Shown piece after piece: positions 41,368 to 51,236 of a DNA stretch of 64,000 nt. Positions within the stretch are counted from its first letter, which is position 1. Each line of letters starts with the position of its first letter. The notes beneath the pieces were generated by a model. It was given only the letters and a program-made list of their open reading frames with translations, had not been told where the DNA came from and ran no database searches. The position numbers and the translations under genes are program-made. This stretch comes from an uncultured Gemmatimonadales bacterium (GTDB taxonomy: Bacteria; Gemmatimonadota; Gemmatimonadetes; Gemmatimonadales; Gemmatimonadaceae): positions 384,001 through 448,000 of the forward strand of contig CAVPQB010000004.1 of assembly GCA_963707505.1 (NCBI GenBank), read 5' to 3'.

Positions 41368-42639
41368 ATGCATCAACACATTCGCTGGCTGGCCCTCTCC
41401 GTTCTGATTGGCGGTTCCTTCCCGACGACGACTGTCGCGGCGCAGAGTACGACGTTGAACGCTGCAGCAATCTCGACTAAAACGGGGCTGACGCCGCCCA
41501 GTCTGCTCGCACCGTTCAAGACTGGCAAGCAGTACTTCGACGTTGACGCGTCGGGCGCGTTGCAGGTGCGTAGCGGAGAAGGCGTCGCTCCGCGCATGCT
41601 GCTTCCGGGCGGCAGCTTCTCCCTCGTCGCGCCATCTCCGAATGGCCGATACATTGCTTACGGAGTCGGTGCGGCGACGGGCACAGGACCATATCAGGTT
41701 CGCGTTCGTGACGTGCAAACCGGCAGAGATCTTCCCGACGTGTTGCACAATGCTCGCATCTCGCCTGCACCGTGGTCGCACGACGAGAAGGGCTTTCTGT
41801 ACGTGCGTCAGGATTCGGCGAATGGGCGCGAGCGTATCTACTATCATGGAATCGGCCGTGCCGAATCGAATGACGCGCTGATCTTCAGTCAGTTCGATCA
41901 TCCCGAGTGGCGTTACGCGGCGCGCGTGAGCGACGACGGCCATTACGCGGTGTTCACCATTTCGTATCCCGCGGACCCGCACACACGCATCTATTTCATC
42001 GATCTCGACGATCCTGGCAAGCCGAATTTCGGTGCGCCAGTCGTGAAGCTTGTGCAATCGTTCGATTCGCGCTACGAATTCGTGGACAACGCTGGCAGTT
42101 ATTTTTTCCTGCAGACTGACCGCGACGCGCCGCTCGGAAGAATCATTCTCGCCAACACCGACGTAATCCGCGAGACGCGTTGGCCGTCGCTCATCCCGCA
42201 GGCCGACGATACGTTGTTGTTCGCGAGGACGGCCGGTGACGAGTATCTCGTCGCGGTGTATCGGTCGGCGGCCGGCGCGACCAGCGCGCGCCTGTACGGC
42301 CCGCAGGATCCGTCGGTGCTGCGCAACGAGATGCGCAGTCGCATGGATTCGCTCAGGAAAGCCCGCGAGAAAGAGGGCGACAGTCGTCGCCCGGACAGGG
42401 GACTGGGGCCGCGCGGGCTCATGGGCGCCGGGCCGGCCATACGGCTCGAGCCGCGCAGCGATTTGCCGATTCCGGCCGGAGCCAGCATCATCGCGATGAA
42501 CTCGGTCGCGGACGACGCGCAACTCTTTTATACCGTAAAGTTGTCTGATGGAAAGGTGCAGTCGTTCGTGTACGACGTGAAGCGATCGACCAACCAGCCC
42601 TTTCCGGAACCAGCCGCGAATCCTTCACCTGGTAAATGA
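41368..42639 (+). CDS. Exported protein consisting of a prolyl-oligopeptidase-type beta-propeller (Peptidase_S9_N-like) only
   Basis: Signal peptide; SPNGRYIAYG, VRDVQTGRDLPD, IYYHGIG, VSDDGHY, TDRDAPLGRII resemble the POP propeller; no GxSxGG domain. Confidence 0.75.
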   Translation: MHQHIRWLALSVLIGGSFPTTTVAAQSTTLNAAAISTKTGLTPPSLLAPFKTGKQYFDVDASGALQVRSGEGVAPRMLLPGGSFSLVAPSPNGRYIAYGVGAATGTGPYQVRVRDVQTGRDLPDVLHNARISPAPWSHDEKGFLYVRQDSANGRERIYYHGIGRAESNDALIFSQFDHPEWRYAARVSDDGHYAVFTISYPADPHTRIYFIDLDDPGKPNFGAPVVKLVQSFDSRYEFVDNAGSYFFLQTDRDAPLGRIILANTDVIRETRWPSLIPQADDTLLFARTAGDEYLVAVYRSAAGATSARLYGPQDPSVLRNEMRSRMDSLRKAREKEGDSRRPDRGLGPRGLMGAGPAIRLEPRSDLPIPAGASIIAMNSVADDAQLFYTVKLSDGKVQSFVYDVKRSTNQPFPEPAANPSPGK

Positions 42640-43232
42640 TGGCCCTGCTTCCTTTTCTTGCTCTTTTCGCCGGCGCCGTCCGCACAGTAGTCGCCGTCGC
42701 CGTCGTCATCCTTGCAATCGCCTTTCTGCTCGACTGGCTGGTTCGTACGAGACGGGTAAACCCCTTCCATCCGATGGCACGGGTCATCCGCCGCTTCGTC
42801 GATCCGATGGTGACGCCGATCGAGCGGCGCATCGTGCGCGCGGGCGGCAGCCCGAGCTCGGCGCCGATCTGGGCACTCGTCGGCGCGGTGTTCATCGGGA
42901 TCGTGATCATCAGCGGCCTCGATTTCGTGCTCCAGGGGCTCGTGACGATGATCTTCGCGGCCTCGTCCGGCCCCGCGGGGCTCTTCGTAATGCTCGTGCG
43001 GCTCACATTCGACGTCCTGCGGCTCGCGATCATAATCGTGGTTCTCGTCTCCTGGCTGCCGATATCGCCATTTTCGGCATGGGTTCGCTGGGCCTTCGCC
43101 CTTACCGAGCCGCTGCTCCGCCCGCTCCGGGACATCGTTCCGCGACTCGGCATGTTCGATATCACTCCGATCGTAGCGTATTTCCTGCTGGGCATCCTGG
43201 AGTGGGCCTTCCTGAGGATGGTCGGTATGTGA
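42636..43232 (+). CDS. YggT family membrane protein (two repeats)
   Basis: NPFHP...DPMVTPIERRI and SW...LTEPLLRPLRDIVPRLGMFDITPIVA. Confidence 0.88.
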   Translation: MMALLPFLALFAGAVRTVVAVAVVILAIAFLLDWLVRTRRVNPFHPMARVIRRFVDPMVTPIERRIVRAGGSPSSAPIWALVGAVFIGIVIISGLDFVLQGLVTMIFAASSGPAGLFVMLVRLTFDVLRLAIIIVVLVSWLPISPFSAWVRWAFALTEPLLRPLRDIVPRLGMFDITPIVAYFLLGILEWAFLRMVGM

Positions 43233-43239
43233 ACTACAT

Positions 43240-43267
43240 CCGTCCATCCGGCTTATCGGATGGACGG
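43240..43267 (+). terminator. 11-bp hairpin after yggT (likely terminator)
   Basis: CCGTCCATCCG-gcttat-CGGATGGACGG; no strong T-tract. Confidence 0.5.
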
Positions 43268-43270
43268 CCC

Positions 43271-43299
43271 TTGTCCCCGGCGGCTTTCGGGGCTATCGT
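43271..43299 (+). promoter_or_regulatory. sigma70-type promoter TTGTCC-N17-TATCGT of the metH leader
   Basis: 17-nt spacer; predicted TSS just before the riboswitch. Confidence 0.5.
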
Positions 43300-43314
43300 T
43301 CGAGACAATCGATA

Positions 43315-43367
43315 CCCGTGGCGATTTCAGGCAAATTGCGACCACGTAAAACTTTCGCTAAAGCGCC
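43315..43367 (+). ncRNA. SAM-II riboswitch aptamer
   Basis: CGTGG/CCACG P1, conserved GATTT, TTGC and GCTAAA, GGC/GCC pseudoknot extension; upstream of methionine synthase. Confidence 0.85.
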
Positions 43368-43373
43368 CCTCAT

Positions 43374-43404
43374 GGCCCGGCGCTCCCTGCCCGGGCCTCT
43401 TTTT
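43374..43404 (+). terminator. Intrinsic terminator, expression platform of the SAM-II riboswitch
   Basis: GGCCCGG...CCGGGCC followed by TCTTTTT, 14 nt before the metH ATG. Confidence 0.7.
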
Positions 43405-43418
43405 GTATTCACGGTGGT

Positions 43419-46400
43419 ATGACTACTTCAAGCTCTCCCGACGGCTCCAGTTCCTCCGCGTATCTCGCCGCGCTTGCCGATCGCGTTCTCGTGTACGACG
43501 GCGCGATGGGGACCAACATCCAGCGTTATCATCTCACCCCCGACGACTTCGGTGGCAAGGCGCTCGAAGGGTGCAATGACAACCTGGTGCTCACGCGTCC
43601 GGATGTGATTCAGGAAATTCACGAATCGTTCCTCGCGGTGGGATGTGATGTGGTCGAGACGTGCACCTTTCAATCGACGCCGCGTCGGCTGGAAGAGTGG
43701 GGGCTCCTGGACAAGGCGCACGATCTGAACGTGAAGGCTGCGCAGCTTGCCCGCGCCGCGTGTGACAAGTTCGCGACGCCGGATCGACCACGATTCGTGG
43801 CCGGCTCGATGGGACCGACCGGAATGCTTCCCTCGAGCACGGATCCCGTCCTTTCGAAAGTCACGTTCGAAGAGCTTGCGTCGAACTACTGCGCGCAGGC
43901 GAAAGCGCTCATCGAGGGCGGCGTGGATGTGCTTCTCATCGAGACGTCGCAGGACATTCTCGAAGTGAAGGCCGCGGTGGTCGGCATCGAGCGCGCATTC
44001 CAGGAGATGGGGAAACGCGTCGCCTTGCAGGCGCAGGTGACGCTCGACGTCAGTGGCCGTATGCTGCTCGGCACGGACATCGCGAGTGCGATGACGACGC
44101 TCGAATCGCTACACGTGGACGTGATCGGTCTGAATTGTTCGACCGGTCCCGAACACATGCGCGAGCCGATCCGGTTCCTCGCAGAGAACGCGACGTTGCC
44201 GTTGTCGGTCATTCCGAACGCCGGCCTGCCCCTCAATACGGGCACCGGCGACGCGATCTACCCACTCGAGCCTGCGCCGATGGCCGACGCGCTGGGCGAG
44301 TTCGTGCGCGACTTCGGCGTGCGCATTGTTGGCGGTTGCTGTGGAACGACGCCTGAGCATCTCGCCGCGATAGTTACACGTGTGAACGAGCTGCGCGCCG
44401 CAGATACGAAGAATGCGCCACGCGAGCGCGACGAGCCGCGACTTCCGATGGTATCCTCCGCAATGCGCGCGATGTCGCTGCGCCAGACGCCGCCGCCATT
44501 GATCGTTGGCGAGCGCGTCAACGCGCAGGGCTCGCGTCGCGTCAAGCGGTTCCTGCTCGCCGAGGATTACGAGTCGATTGTGGAAGTGGGGCGCGAACAG
44601 GTTGATTCCGGCGCCCACGTGCTGGATGTATGCGTCGCAGTGACGGAGCGATCGGACGAAGCGGTGCAGATGTCGCAGGTTGTGAAGCTGCTATCGATGG
44701 GCGTCGAAGCACCGCTGATGATCGACTCCACCGAAGCGGACGTCGTGGCGGCTGCGCTGGAACATGTTCCTGGTCGCGCAATTGTGAACTCGATCAACAT
44801 GGAGAACGGTCGCAAGCGCATCGAGTCCATTGTTCCTCTGGTGAAGAAGCATGGAGCCGCCGTTGTTGCGTTGACGATCGACGAGATCGGCATGGCGAAG
44901 ACGCGCGAGCGCAAATTGGAAGTCGCGCGCAAGATCTACGACATCGCCGTTGGCGAGTATGGCCTTGCGCCGGAAGATCTGTTGTACGACGCGCTCACGT
45001 TCACGCTCGCCACGGGCGACGCGGAATGGATCGATTCAGCGGCCGAGACCATCGAAGGGATCAGACTCATCAAGCGCGAGCTGCCGGGCGTGGGAACGAT
45101 TCTCGGTGTTTCAAACGTGTCGTTCGGACTGACCACCGAAGCGCGCTCGGTGCTCAATTCGGTGTTCCTGCATCACTGCGTGCAGGCTGGGCTGGACGCC
45201 GCGATCGTGAACCCGGCGCACATCCGGCCTTACGCCGAGATCTCCGCGGCGGAGCGCGCGGTCGCCGACGATCTCGTGTTCAATCGCAGGCCGGATGCAT
45301 TGCAGATGTTCATCGAGTACTTCTCGACGGCGCCGGAATCCAGCACCTCGGGTCCTGCAGCGAAGGAGGATCCAACCGCTGGCATGACGGCGGACGAGAA
45401 GATTCACTGGATGGTGTTGCACCGAAAGAAGGAAGGGATCGAGGATGCACTGGATGCTGCGAATGTGCGCGCGGACCCGGTTCGCGTGCTGAACGGCGTT
45501 CTGCTTCCTGCGATGAAGGACGTTGGCGACAAGTTCGGCGCTGGTGAGCTGATTCTTCCGTTCGTGTTGCAGTCGGCCGAGGTGATGAAGAAAGCCGTGC
45601 AGCATCTCGAGAAGTTCCTGGAGAAGAGCGAGGGTTACACCAAGGGTCGGGTGGTGCTGGCGACCGTGTACGGCGATGTGCACGACATCGGGAAGTCACT
45701 CGTCAATACGATCCTTTCGAACAACGGCTACACCGTGTACGACCTGGGCAAGCAGGTTCCCGTTAATACGATCATCGAGAAGGCGATCGAAGTCGATGCC
45801 GACGCGATCGGGTTGAGCGCGTTGCTGGTATCGACGTCCAAGCAGATGCCGTTATGCGTTCAGGAGCTGGACAAGCGTGGCATTCACATTCCCGTGATGA
45901 TCGGCGGAGCCGCAATCAACCGGCGCTTCGGGCGCCGCGCGATGTTCGTGGACGGAGAGCGCCCGTACGACGCCGGGGTATTCTACTGCAAGGACGCGTT
46001 CGAAGGTCTCGATACGATGGACGTGCTGCAGGATGACACGCGCAACGCGGACTTCGTGGAGAAGCTGATCGCGGATGCGCGCAAGGACATTTTCCTGCAC
46101 ACACAGGTAGGGAAGGACACCGCGGCCGGAACGGATTCGACGACGCGGAGCGACGTCGCTGCCGACAATCCAATTCCAACACCGCCGTTCTGGGGGCCGC
46201 GTGTGCTGCGCGACATTCCACTGGACGACGTGTTCGCGCATCTCGATCTGGATGAGTTGTATCGCCTGCAGTGGGGCGCTCGCGGCTCCGGCGAGCAGTA
46301 TCAGCGTACCGTGCGCGAGGAGTTCGAGCCTGTTCTGGAGCGACTCAAGGCGGATGCGAAAACCGAGGGATGGCTCAAGCCGGAAGTGGTGTACGGATAC

Positions 46401-46967
46401 TTCCCGGTGCAGTCGTCCGGCAATGAGATCATCGTTTACGACGCCGGCGCATACGCAGCGGACGGAACCAGGCGCGAGACCGCGCGCTTCACATTCCCAC
46501 GAATGGTCGGTCGCGAGCGGCTGTGTCTTGCGGATTACGTGCGCTCGGTCGAATCAGGCTTGGTCGACGTACTTCCGTTGCAGATCGTGACTGTCGGTCA
46601 CGCAGCGTCCGAGAAATTCGCAACGCTCCAGGCCGCGAACGAATACGCGGAAGCGTACTACATACACGGGCTTGGCGTGGAGACGGCAGAAGCGTTGGCC
46701 GAATGGAGTCACCGCCACGTGAAGGCGGAGCTCGGCATCGAGTCGGGCAAGCGCTATTCCTGGGGTTACGGTGCGTGCCCTGATCTTGAGGACCATGCGG
46801 TCGTTTTCAGGTTGCTCCCCGCGAGTGAGGAGATCGGCATGGTGCTGAGCGAGTCGTTCCAACTGATGCCGGAGCAATCGACTGCGGCTGTGATCATGCA
46901 CCATCCCGAGGCGCGATACTATGCTGTACGCGGCGCCGCGGCGGAAAGGGAGCCCGCGCTTGCGTGA
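43419..46967 (+). CDS. metH: Cobalamin-dependent methionine synthase
   Basis: DGAMGT, GLNCSTG, GGCCGTT, pterin domain (GERVN), GDVHDIGK B12 motif, RYSWGYGACP activation domain. Confidence 0.96.
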   Translation: MTTSSSPDGSSSSAYLAALADRVLVYDGAMGTNIQRYHLTPDDFGGKALEGCNDNLVLTRPDVIQEIHESFLAVGCDVVETCTFQSTPRRLEEWGLLDKAHDLNVKAAQLARAACDKFATPDRPRFVAGSMGPTGMLPSSTDPVLSKVTFEELASNYCAQAKALIEGGVDVLLIETSQDILEVKAAVVGIERAFQEMGKRVALQAQVTLDVSGRMLLGTDIASAMTTLESLHVDVIGLNCSTGPEHMREPIRFLAENATLPLSVIPNAGLPLNTGTGDAIYPLEPAPMADALGEFVRDFGVRIVGGCCGTTPEHLAAIVTRVNELRAADTKNAPRERDEPRLPMVSSAMRAMSLRQTPPPLIVGERVNAQGSRRVKRFLLAEDYESIVEVGREQVDSGAHVLDVCVAVTERSDEAVQMSQVVKLLSMGVEAPLMIDSTEADVVAAALEHVPGRAIVNSINMENGRKRIESIVPLVKKHGAAVVALTIDEIGMAKTRERKLEVARKIYDIAVGEYGLAPEDLLYDALTFTLATGDAEWIDSAAETIEGIRLIKRELPGVGTILGVSNVSFGLTTEARSVLNSVFLHHCVQAGLDAAIVNPAHIRPYAEISAAERAVADDLVFNRRPDALQMFIEYFSTAPESSTSGPAAKEDPTAGMTADEKIHWMVLHRKKEGIEDALDAANVRADPVRVLNGVLLPAMKDVGDKFGAGELILPFVLQSAEVMKKAVQHLEKFLEKSEGYTKGRVVLATVYGDVHDIGKSLVNTILSNNGYTVYDLGKQVPVNTIIEKAIEVDADAIGLSALLVSTSKQMPLCVQELDKRGIHIPVMIGGAAINRRFGRRAMFVDGERPYDAGVFYCKDAFEGLDTMDVLQDDTRNADFVEKLIADARKDIFLHTQVGKDTAAGTDSTTRSDVAADNPIPTPPFWGPRVLRDIPLDDVFAHLDLDELYRLQWGARGSGEQYQRTVREEFEPVLERLKADAKTEGWLKPEVVYGYFPVQSSGNEIIVYDAGAYAADGTRRETARFTFPRMVGRERLCLADYVRSVESGLVDVLPLQIVTVGHAASEKFATLQAANEYAEAYYIHGLGVETAEALAEWSHRHVKAELGIESGKRYSWGYGACPDLEDHAVVFRLLPASEEIGMVLSESFQLMPEQSTAAVIMHHPEARYYAVRGAAAEREPALA

Positions 46968-48846
46968 CGCGCTGCTGAAGCGGCTGCTCGATCCCGAGGC
47001 GCTCGTCGTTTTCGACGGTGCGATGGGAACGATGATCTATGCGCGCGGTGTGTTCATCAATCAGTGCTATGATGAGCTGAGCATTCGTGCGCCCGAGCTC
47101 ATCAGCTCGATTCACGACGAGTACGTCAGTGCTGGCGCCGAGGTGATCGAGACGAATACCTTTGGCGCCAACAGAATCAAGCTGGAGCAACACGGTCTGT
47201 CGGCCGACGTGCACCAGATCAATACTGCGGCGGCGAAACTGGCTCGCGCCTCGGCAGGGGATGCGGTTCTGGTTGCCGGTGCAGTGGGCCCGCTTGGTGT
47301 TCGCCTGGAGCCGTACGGACCAACGTCGCGCGATGATGCGCGCGAGATCTTCGCGGAGCAGATGCAGGCGCTGAAGAACGGCGGTGTCGATCTGTTCATT
47401 CTGGAAACGTTTTCGGATCTGGACGAGCTGATGCAGGCGATAGTCGCCGCGCGCGAGGTTGACGCGGGAATGCCCGTCATCGCGCAGGTAGCGATCAATG
47501 CGGATGGAGTCACTGCGTACGGCGCGACTCCGGAAGATATCGTGCGCACACTCGATGCGGCTGGCGCCGACATAATCGGGCTCAACTGTTCCGTTGGTCC
47601 ACAGACGATTCTCGAAGCCATCGAGAAGATGGCGCCACTCACTACGCGCAAGCTGAGCGCGCAGCCGAATGCGGGCATGCCGCGCGATGTGGGTGGACGC
47701 ACGATGTACATGGCGAGTCCGGAATACATGTCGACATATGCGCGCCATCTCGTCGTGGCCGGCGCGAAGCTGATCGGCGGATGCTGCGGGACCACTCCCG
47801 CGCACGTTCGGGAGATTGCCGAAGGTGTGCGGCCGCTCGCGCCACGCTCGGGGCGCACCTCGCGCGCTACGGTCACGCATGTACCTTCGGAGAACAAGGC
47901 GACCGGTGTCGCGCCCGTTCCGTTCGGTGATCGATCGAGATGGGCGAAGAAGATCGCCGCTGGTGAATTTGTAACGTCGGTCGAACTGGTCCCGCCGCGC
48001 GGCGTGGACGCGTCAAAACTGCTGCGCGACGCCGCGTCGTTGCGCGATGCAGGCGTCGATGCGATCAACGTGCCCGACGGTCCGCGCGCGCAGAGTCGGA
48101 TGGGGGCGGTCCTCACAAGTCTGCTGATCGAGCAGAACGCGCACATCGAAACCGTCACCCACTACTGCTGTCGCGATCGCAACCTGCTGGGCATGCTCAG
48201 CGATCTGCTCGGTGCTTCCGCGGTAGGATTGCGAAACGTGTTGCTGATCACGGGCGATCCACCAAAGATGGGGCCGTATCCATCAGCGACTGCCGTATTC
48301 GACATCGATTCGATCGGCCTCACGAATCTTGTGAGCAGTCTCAATCGCGGACTGGATCCCGGCGGTAACGCAATCGGCGAGCCGACGCGTTTTGCGGTAG
48401 GCGTCGGCGTGAACCCGGCTGCACTCGATGTCGCCAACGAACGGCGACGGTTCGAATGGAAGGTCGAGGCCGGCGCTGAGTATGCGATTACTCAGCCGGT
48501 GTTCGATGCGGACCAGCTCGAGACATTTCTGCGCAGCATCGAGCTGCTCCGGATTCCAGTAGTTGCCGGAATCTGGCCGCTGGTGTCGGTTAGAAATGCA
48601 GAATTCCTGGCGAACGAAGTGCCGGGTGTCACTGTGCCAGACGAGATTATCGCTCGCATGCGTCGCGCTAATGCTCTGTCCAAGGAACACGCGATACAGG
48701 AAGGAATCGCAATTGCGCGCGAGATGCTCGAGCGCGTGCAGCCAATCGTCGCGGGCGTTCAGGTGTCGGCTCCGTTCGGCAAGGCGGAGCTAGCCCTCGA
48801 AGTTTTCGCCGACGTCCTCGTGAAGCCGATCGCCGTCGCGAGTTAA
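46960..48846 (+). CDS. yitJ: Bifunctional homocysteine S-methyltransferase / methylenetetrahydrofolate reductase (YitJ-like)
   Basis: DGAMGT...GGCCGTTP N-domain; ELVPP, HYCCRDRN, ITGDPP, ITQPVFD MTHFR domain. Confidence 0.92.
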   Translation: MRDALLKRLLDPEALVVFDGAMGTMIYARGVFINQCYDELSIRAPELISSIHDEYVSAGAEVIETNTFGANRIKLEQHGLSADVHQINTAAAKLARASAGDAVLVAGAVGPLGVRLEPYGPTSRDDAREIFAEQMQALKNGGVDLFILETFSDLDELMQAIVAAREVDAGMPVIAQVAINADGVTAYGATPEDIVRTLDAAGADIIGLNCSVGPQTILEAIEKMAPLTTRKLSAQPNAGMPRDVGGRTMYMASPEYMSTYARHLVVAGAKLIGGCCGTTPAHVREIAEGVRPLAPRSGRTSRATVTHVPSENKATGVAPVPFGDRSRWAKKIAAGEFVTSVELVPPRGVDASKLLRDAASLRDAGVDAINVPDGPRAQSRMGAVLTSLLIEQNAHIETVTHYCCRDRNLLGMLSDLLGASAVGLRNVLLITGDPPKMGPYPSATAVFDIDSIGLTNLVSSLNRGLDPGGNAIGEPTRFAVGVGVNPAALDVANERRRFEWKVEAGAEYAITQPVFDADQLETFLRSIELLRIPVVAGIWPLVSVRNAEFLANEVPGVTVPDEIIARMRRANALSKEHAIQEGIAIAREMLERVQPIVAGVQVSAPFGKAELALEVFADVLVKPIAVAS

Positions 48847-48856
48847 AGCCTCGCGG

Positions 48857-49897
48857 TCACTCCTTACCGACCACGAGTACTACAAATGAACCCGGCACCA
48901 TGCTCGGGCGCGCGCGCGGCTGTGTCGCCGTGGGGGCCGGAGCTGGATTGAAGCTGGCCGTGATCAGATAGACCCGGTGCGTCTTTGGATCCAGCGCCAT
49001 CGTGCGCGCCCCTCGCTCGGTCGGGATGTTCTCGCTCGTGAATTTTCCGGGCGCGGTCTGCGTCACGAGTGTGAGTGTTCCCGCGCCGTTCGAGCTGAAG
49101 GCGATGCCCGTCACCGGATCGAAGGCGTTGGCGTCGGTGCCGGCATCTGTCGGCGGAGTGGCTACGACCTGGCCGGTGTTGGAGTCGATGATGCCCATCA
49201 TCTTGTTGCCACATCCCGCGAAGAGCAGGTGATGCGCCTGATCCATCGCCAATCCACTCGGCTCCTCGCAGGGAGCGATGGGATATGTATGAAGCACGGT
49301 GAGCTTCGTAGCGTCGAACTCGACTATTGTGCTCTTGTCCTCGATGTTCACGAAGATGTGACCTGCACCGTCTGAAACGGCGGCTTCCGGCTTGCCTCCC
49401 AATGCGAGCGTGCCGACGACCGTATCGCCAACCGCGTCTATCGCCGTGGTGTTCTGGCCGCGGCCATTGAAGGTAAATACACGGTTGGTAGCCGAATCGT
49501 ACAGTATTCCATCAGGATTTGCTCCCGTAACGCGGATCACCTTCTTGGGCGCGAGCGTCACGAAATCGAATACCGTCACCGTCGTGTCGCGACCGTTGCT
49601 CGTGTAGCCCTTGCCGAGCGCGTACGCGAGAGCGATTCCATGTACGCCACCAGTGTTAGGGATCTCGGCTACGAGCTGTCCCGAATTTGCGTCGACCACC
49701 TGCACGCGCGTGGAGCGCGAGATGAATATTCTGCTGCGCGCGGTGTCGAATGTCACGTAGTCCCAACCACCCTCTCCGGCGACAGCTATGCGACGCGTTA
49801 CATGAAGACCACTGGGCGCTGTTTGTGCGCCGAGCGGCGCCGCTACCAGGGCCGACCCGAACGCCAGGGTGGCGAGCGAGAGAAAGCGTGCGAACAC
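48857..49897 (-). CDS. YncE/YVTN family exported beta-propeller protein
   Basis: GEGGWDYV, GVHGIA, NPDGILYD, GARTMALDP; GTG start with AAGAGG RBS. Confidence 0.85.
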   Translation of the reverse strand: MFARFLSLATLAFGSALVAAPLGAQTAPSGLHVTRRIAVAGEGGWDYVTFDTARSRIFISRSTRVQVVDANSGQLVAEIPNTGGVHGIALAYALGKGYTSNGRDTTVTVFDFVTLAPKKVIRVTGANPDGILYDSATNRVFTFNGRGQNTTAIDAVGDTVVGTLALGGKPEAAVSDGAGHIFVNIEDKSTIVEFDATKLTVLHTYPIAPCEEPSGLAMDQAHHLLFAGCGNKMMGIIDSNTGQVVATPPTDAGTDANAFDPVTGIAFSSNGAGTLTLVTQTAPGKFTSENIPTERGARTMALDPKTHRVYLITASFNPAPAPTATQPRARPSMVPGSFVVLVVGKE

Positions 49898-49952
49898 GAG
49901 AGCCTCTTGAGAAGTGTTTGGTATCATCAAATCATAATCAAAGCGGTGCCGA

Positions 49953-51236
49953 TTACTCAGGCGTCCTGCCCCGCGGTGGCGGGGGGAATCGGACTTCGGC
50001 GACCGTGCCCTTGCCGTTTTCGGACCGGAATGTGATGCGCGCATGGTGGACGTCGGCAATCCATTGCGCAATGGACAGGCCAAGTCCGGCTCCGTCGCCG
50101 CGAACCCGCGCCGTATCACCTCGATAGAACCGCTCGAAAATGTGCGCCATCTGGTCGCTCGGAATCCCGATCCCGGAATCCGCGACTGCCAGCAGCGGCC
50201 CCTGGGGGGAACTGGTCACCGATACCGTCACCGATCCGCCCGCCGGCGTGAACTTGATGGCGTTGTCGAGGAGGATCATCGCAAGCTGGCGCACCAGTGC
50301 TTCGTCGCCGTCGATCGAGGCTTCCTCGAAGGCATCCAGAGATAGCATGACGCTACTGCGTGAGGCCAACGCGCTGGCAGCACTCACCGCATCGGATATC
50401 ACGTCATCCAGAAATATCCGCTTCATCGTGACAGGCCAACCGCCGGCGTCGGATCGCGCGAGAAGCAGCAGGTCCTCCACGATCTTGCCAAGCCGGGTGG
50501 CCTCGCGCTCGATGGCAACCAGTGCCTCGCGCTCTCGGCTACTATCGTCGCCGGAAGCGAGCGCGACCTCGGCGCGGCTGCGGACCACTGCCAGCGGCGT
50601 GCGCAGCTCGTGCGCGGCATCGGCCATGAAGCGCCGCATGTAGTTCATGGTACGCTCTACCGGCTCGATCGATTTTCGCGTAAGAAACGAGCCGCCGACC
50701 GCAAATAATACGAGCGCGCCGAGCGCAGCCGCGCCGAATGCTAGAATGAGATTGGCGTACTGATCCTCGAGCTCGAGCTGATCGGCCACCGCGACCGATA
50801 CGTAGACGTGCCCGCCGCGCGAACGGAACCGCTCCGCGGACACTCGCAGTACATGATCGTTATGAGGATACAGCGTGAGCAGGGCAGTCGAATCCTGCAA
50901 TGCAGTTTTTGCAGCATCGGTGATCGCCGTCGGCGCGATGGACGGAACAAGTGGTTTCGCGTTGTGGTCGAAGAGATACAGGTCGCGGTCGGGAATGCGA
51001 AGCTCACCGACAGCATCCATCACAGCGCCGGATGCCGACGCTTGCTCCGCTTCGCGAATACTCGTGGCGCGCTGAATTGCGTCGGACGCCATCGCGAGTG
51101 ACGCATCCAACTGCGATGAGATCTGCGATCGTATGGCGAGGAACAAGCCGCCTCCGAGCAGCACGACGATGGTGCCGAGTGTCAAGGCGTACCATATCGT
51201 GAGCCGCATGCGAAGGCGCGCGAGATTGTCCGTCAA
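49953..51236 (-). CDS. Sensor histidine kinase
   Basis: Two TM helices, DAAHELRTPL H-box, LLDNAIKF, DSGIG, GAGLGL. Confidence 0.93.
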   Translation of the reverse strand: MTDNLARLRMRLTIWYALTLGTIVVLLGGGLFLAIRSQISSQLDASLAMASDAIQRATSIREAEQASASGAVMDAVGELRIPDRDLYLFDHNAKPLVPSIAPTAITDAAKTALQDSTALLTLYPHNDHVLRVSAERFRSRGGHVYVSVAVADQLELEDQYANLILAFGAAALGALVLFAVGGSFLTRKSIEPVERTMNYMRRFMADAAHELRTPLAVVRSRAEVALASGDDSSREREALVAIEREATRLGKIVEDLLLLARSDAGGWPVTMKRIFLDDVISDAVSAASALASRSSVMLSLDAFEEASIDGDEALVRQLAMILLDNAIKFTPAGGSVTVSVTSSPQGPLLAVADSGIGIPSDQMAHIFERFYRGDTARVRGDGAGLGLSIAQWIADVHHARITFRSENGKGTVAEVRFPPPPRGRTPE

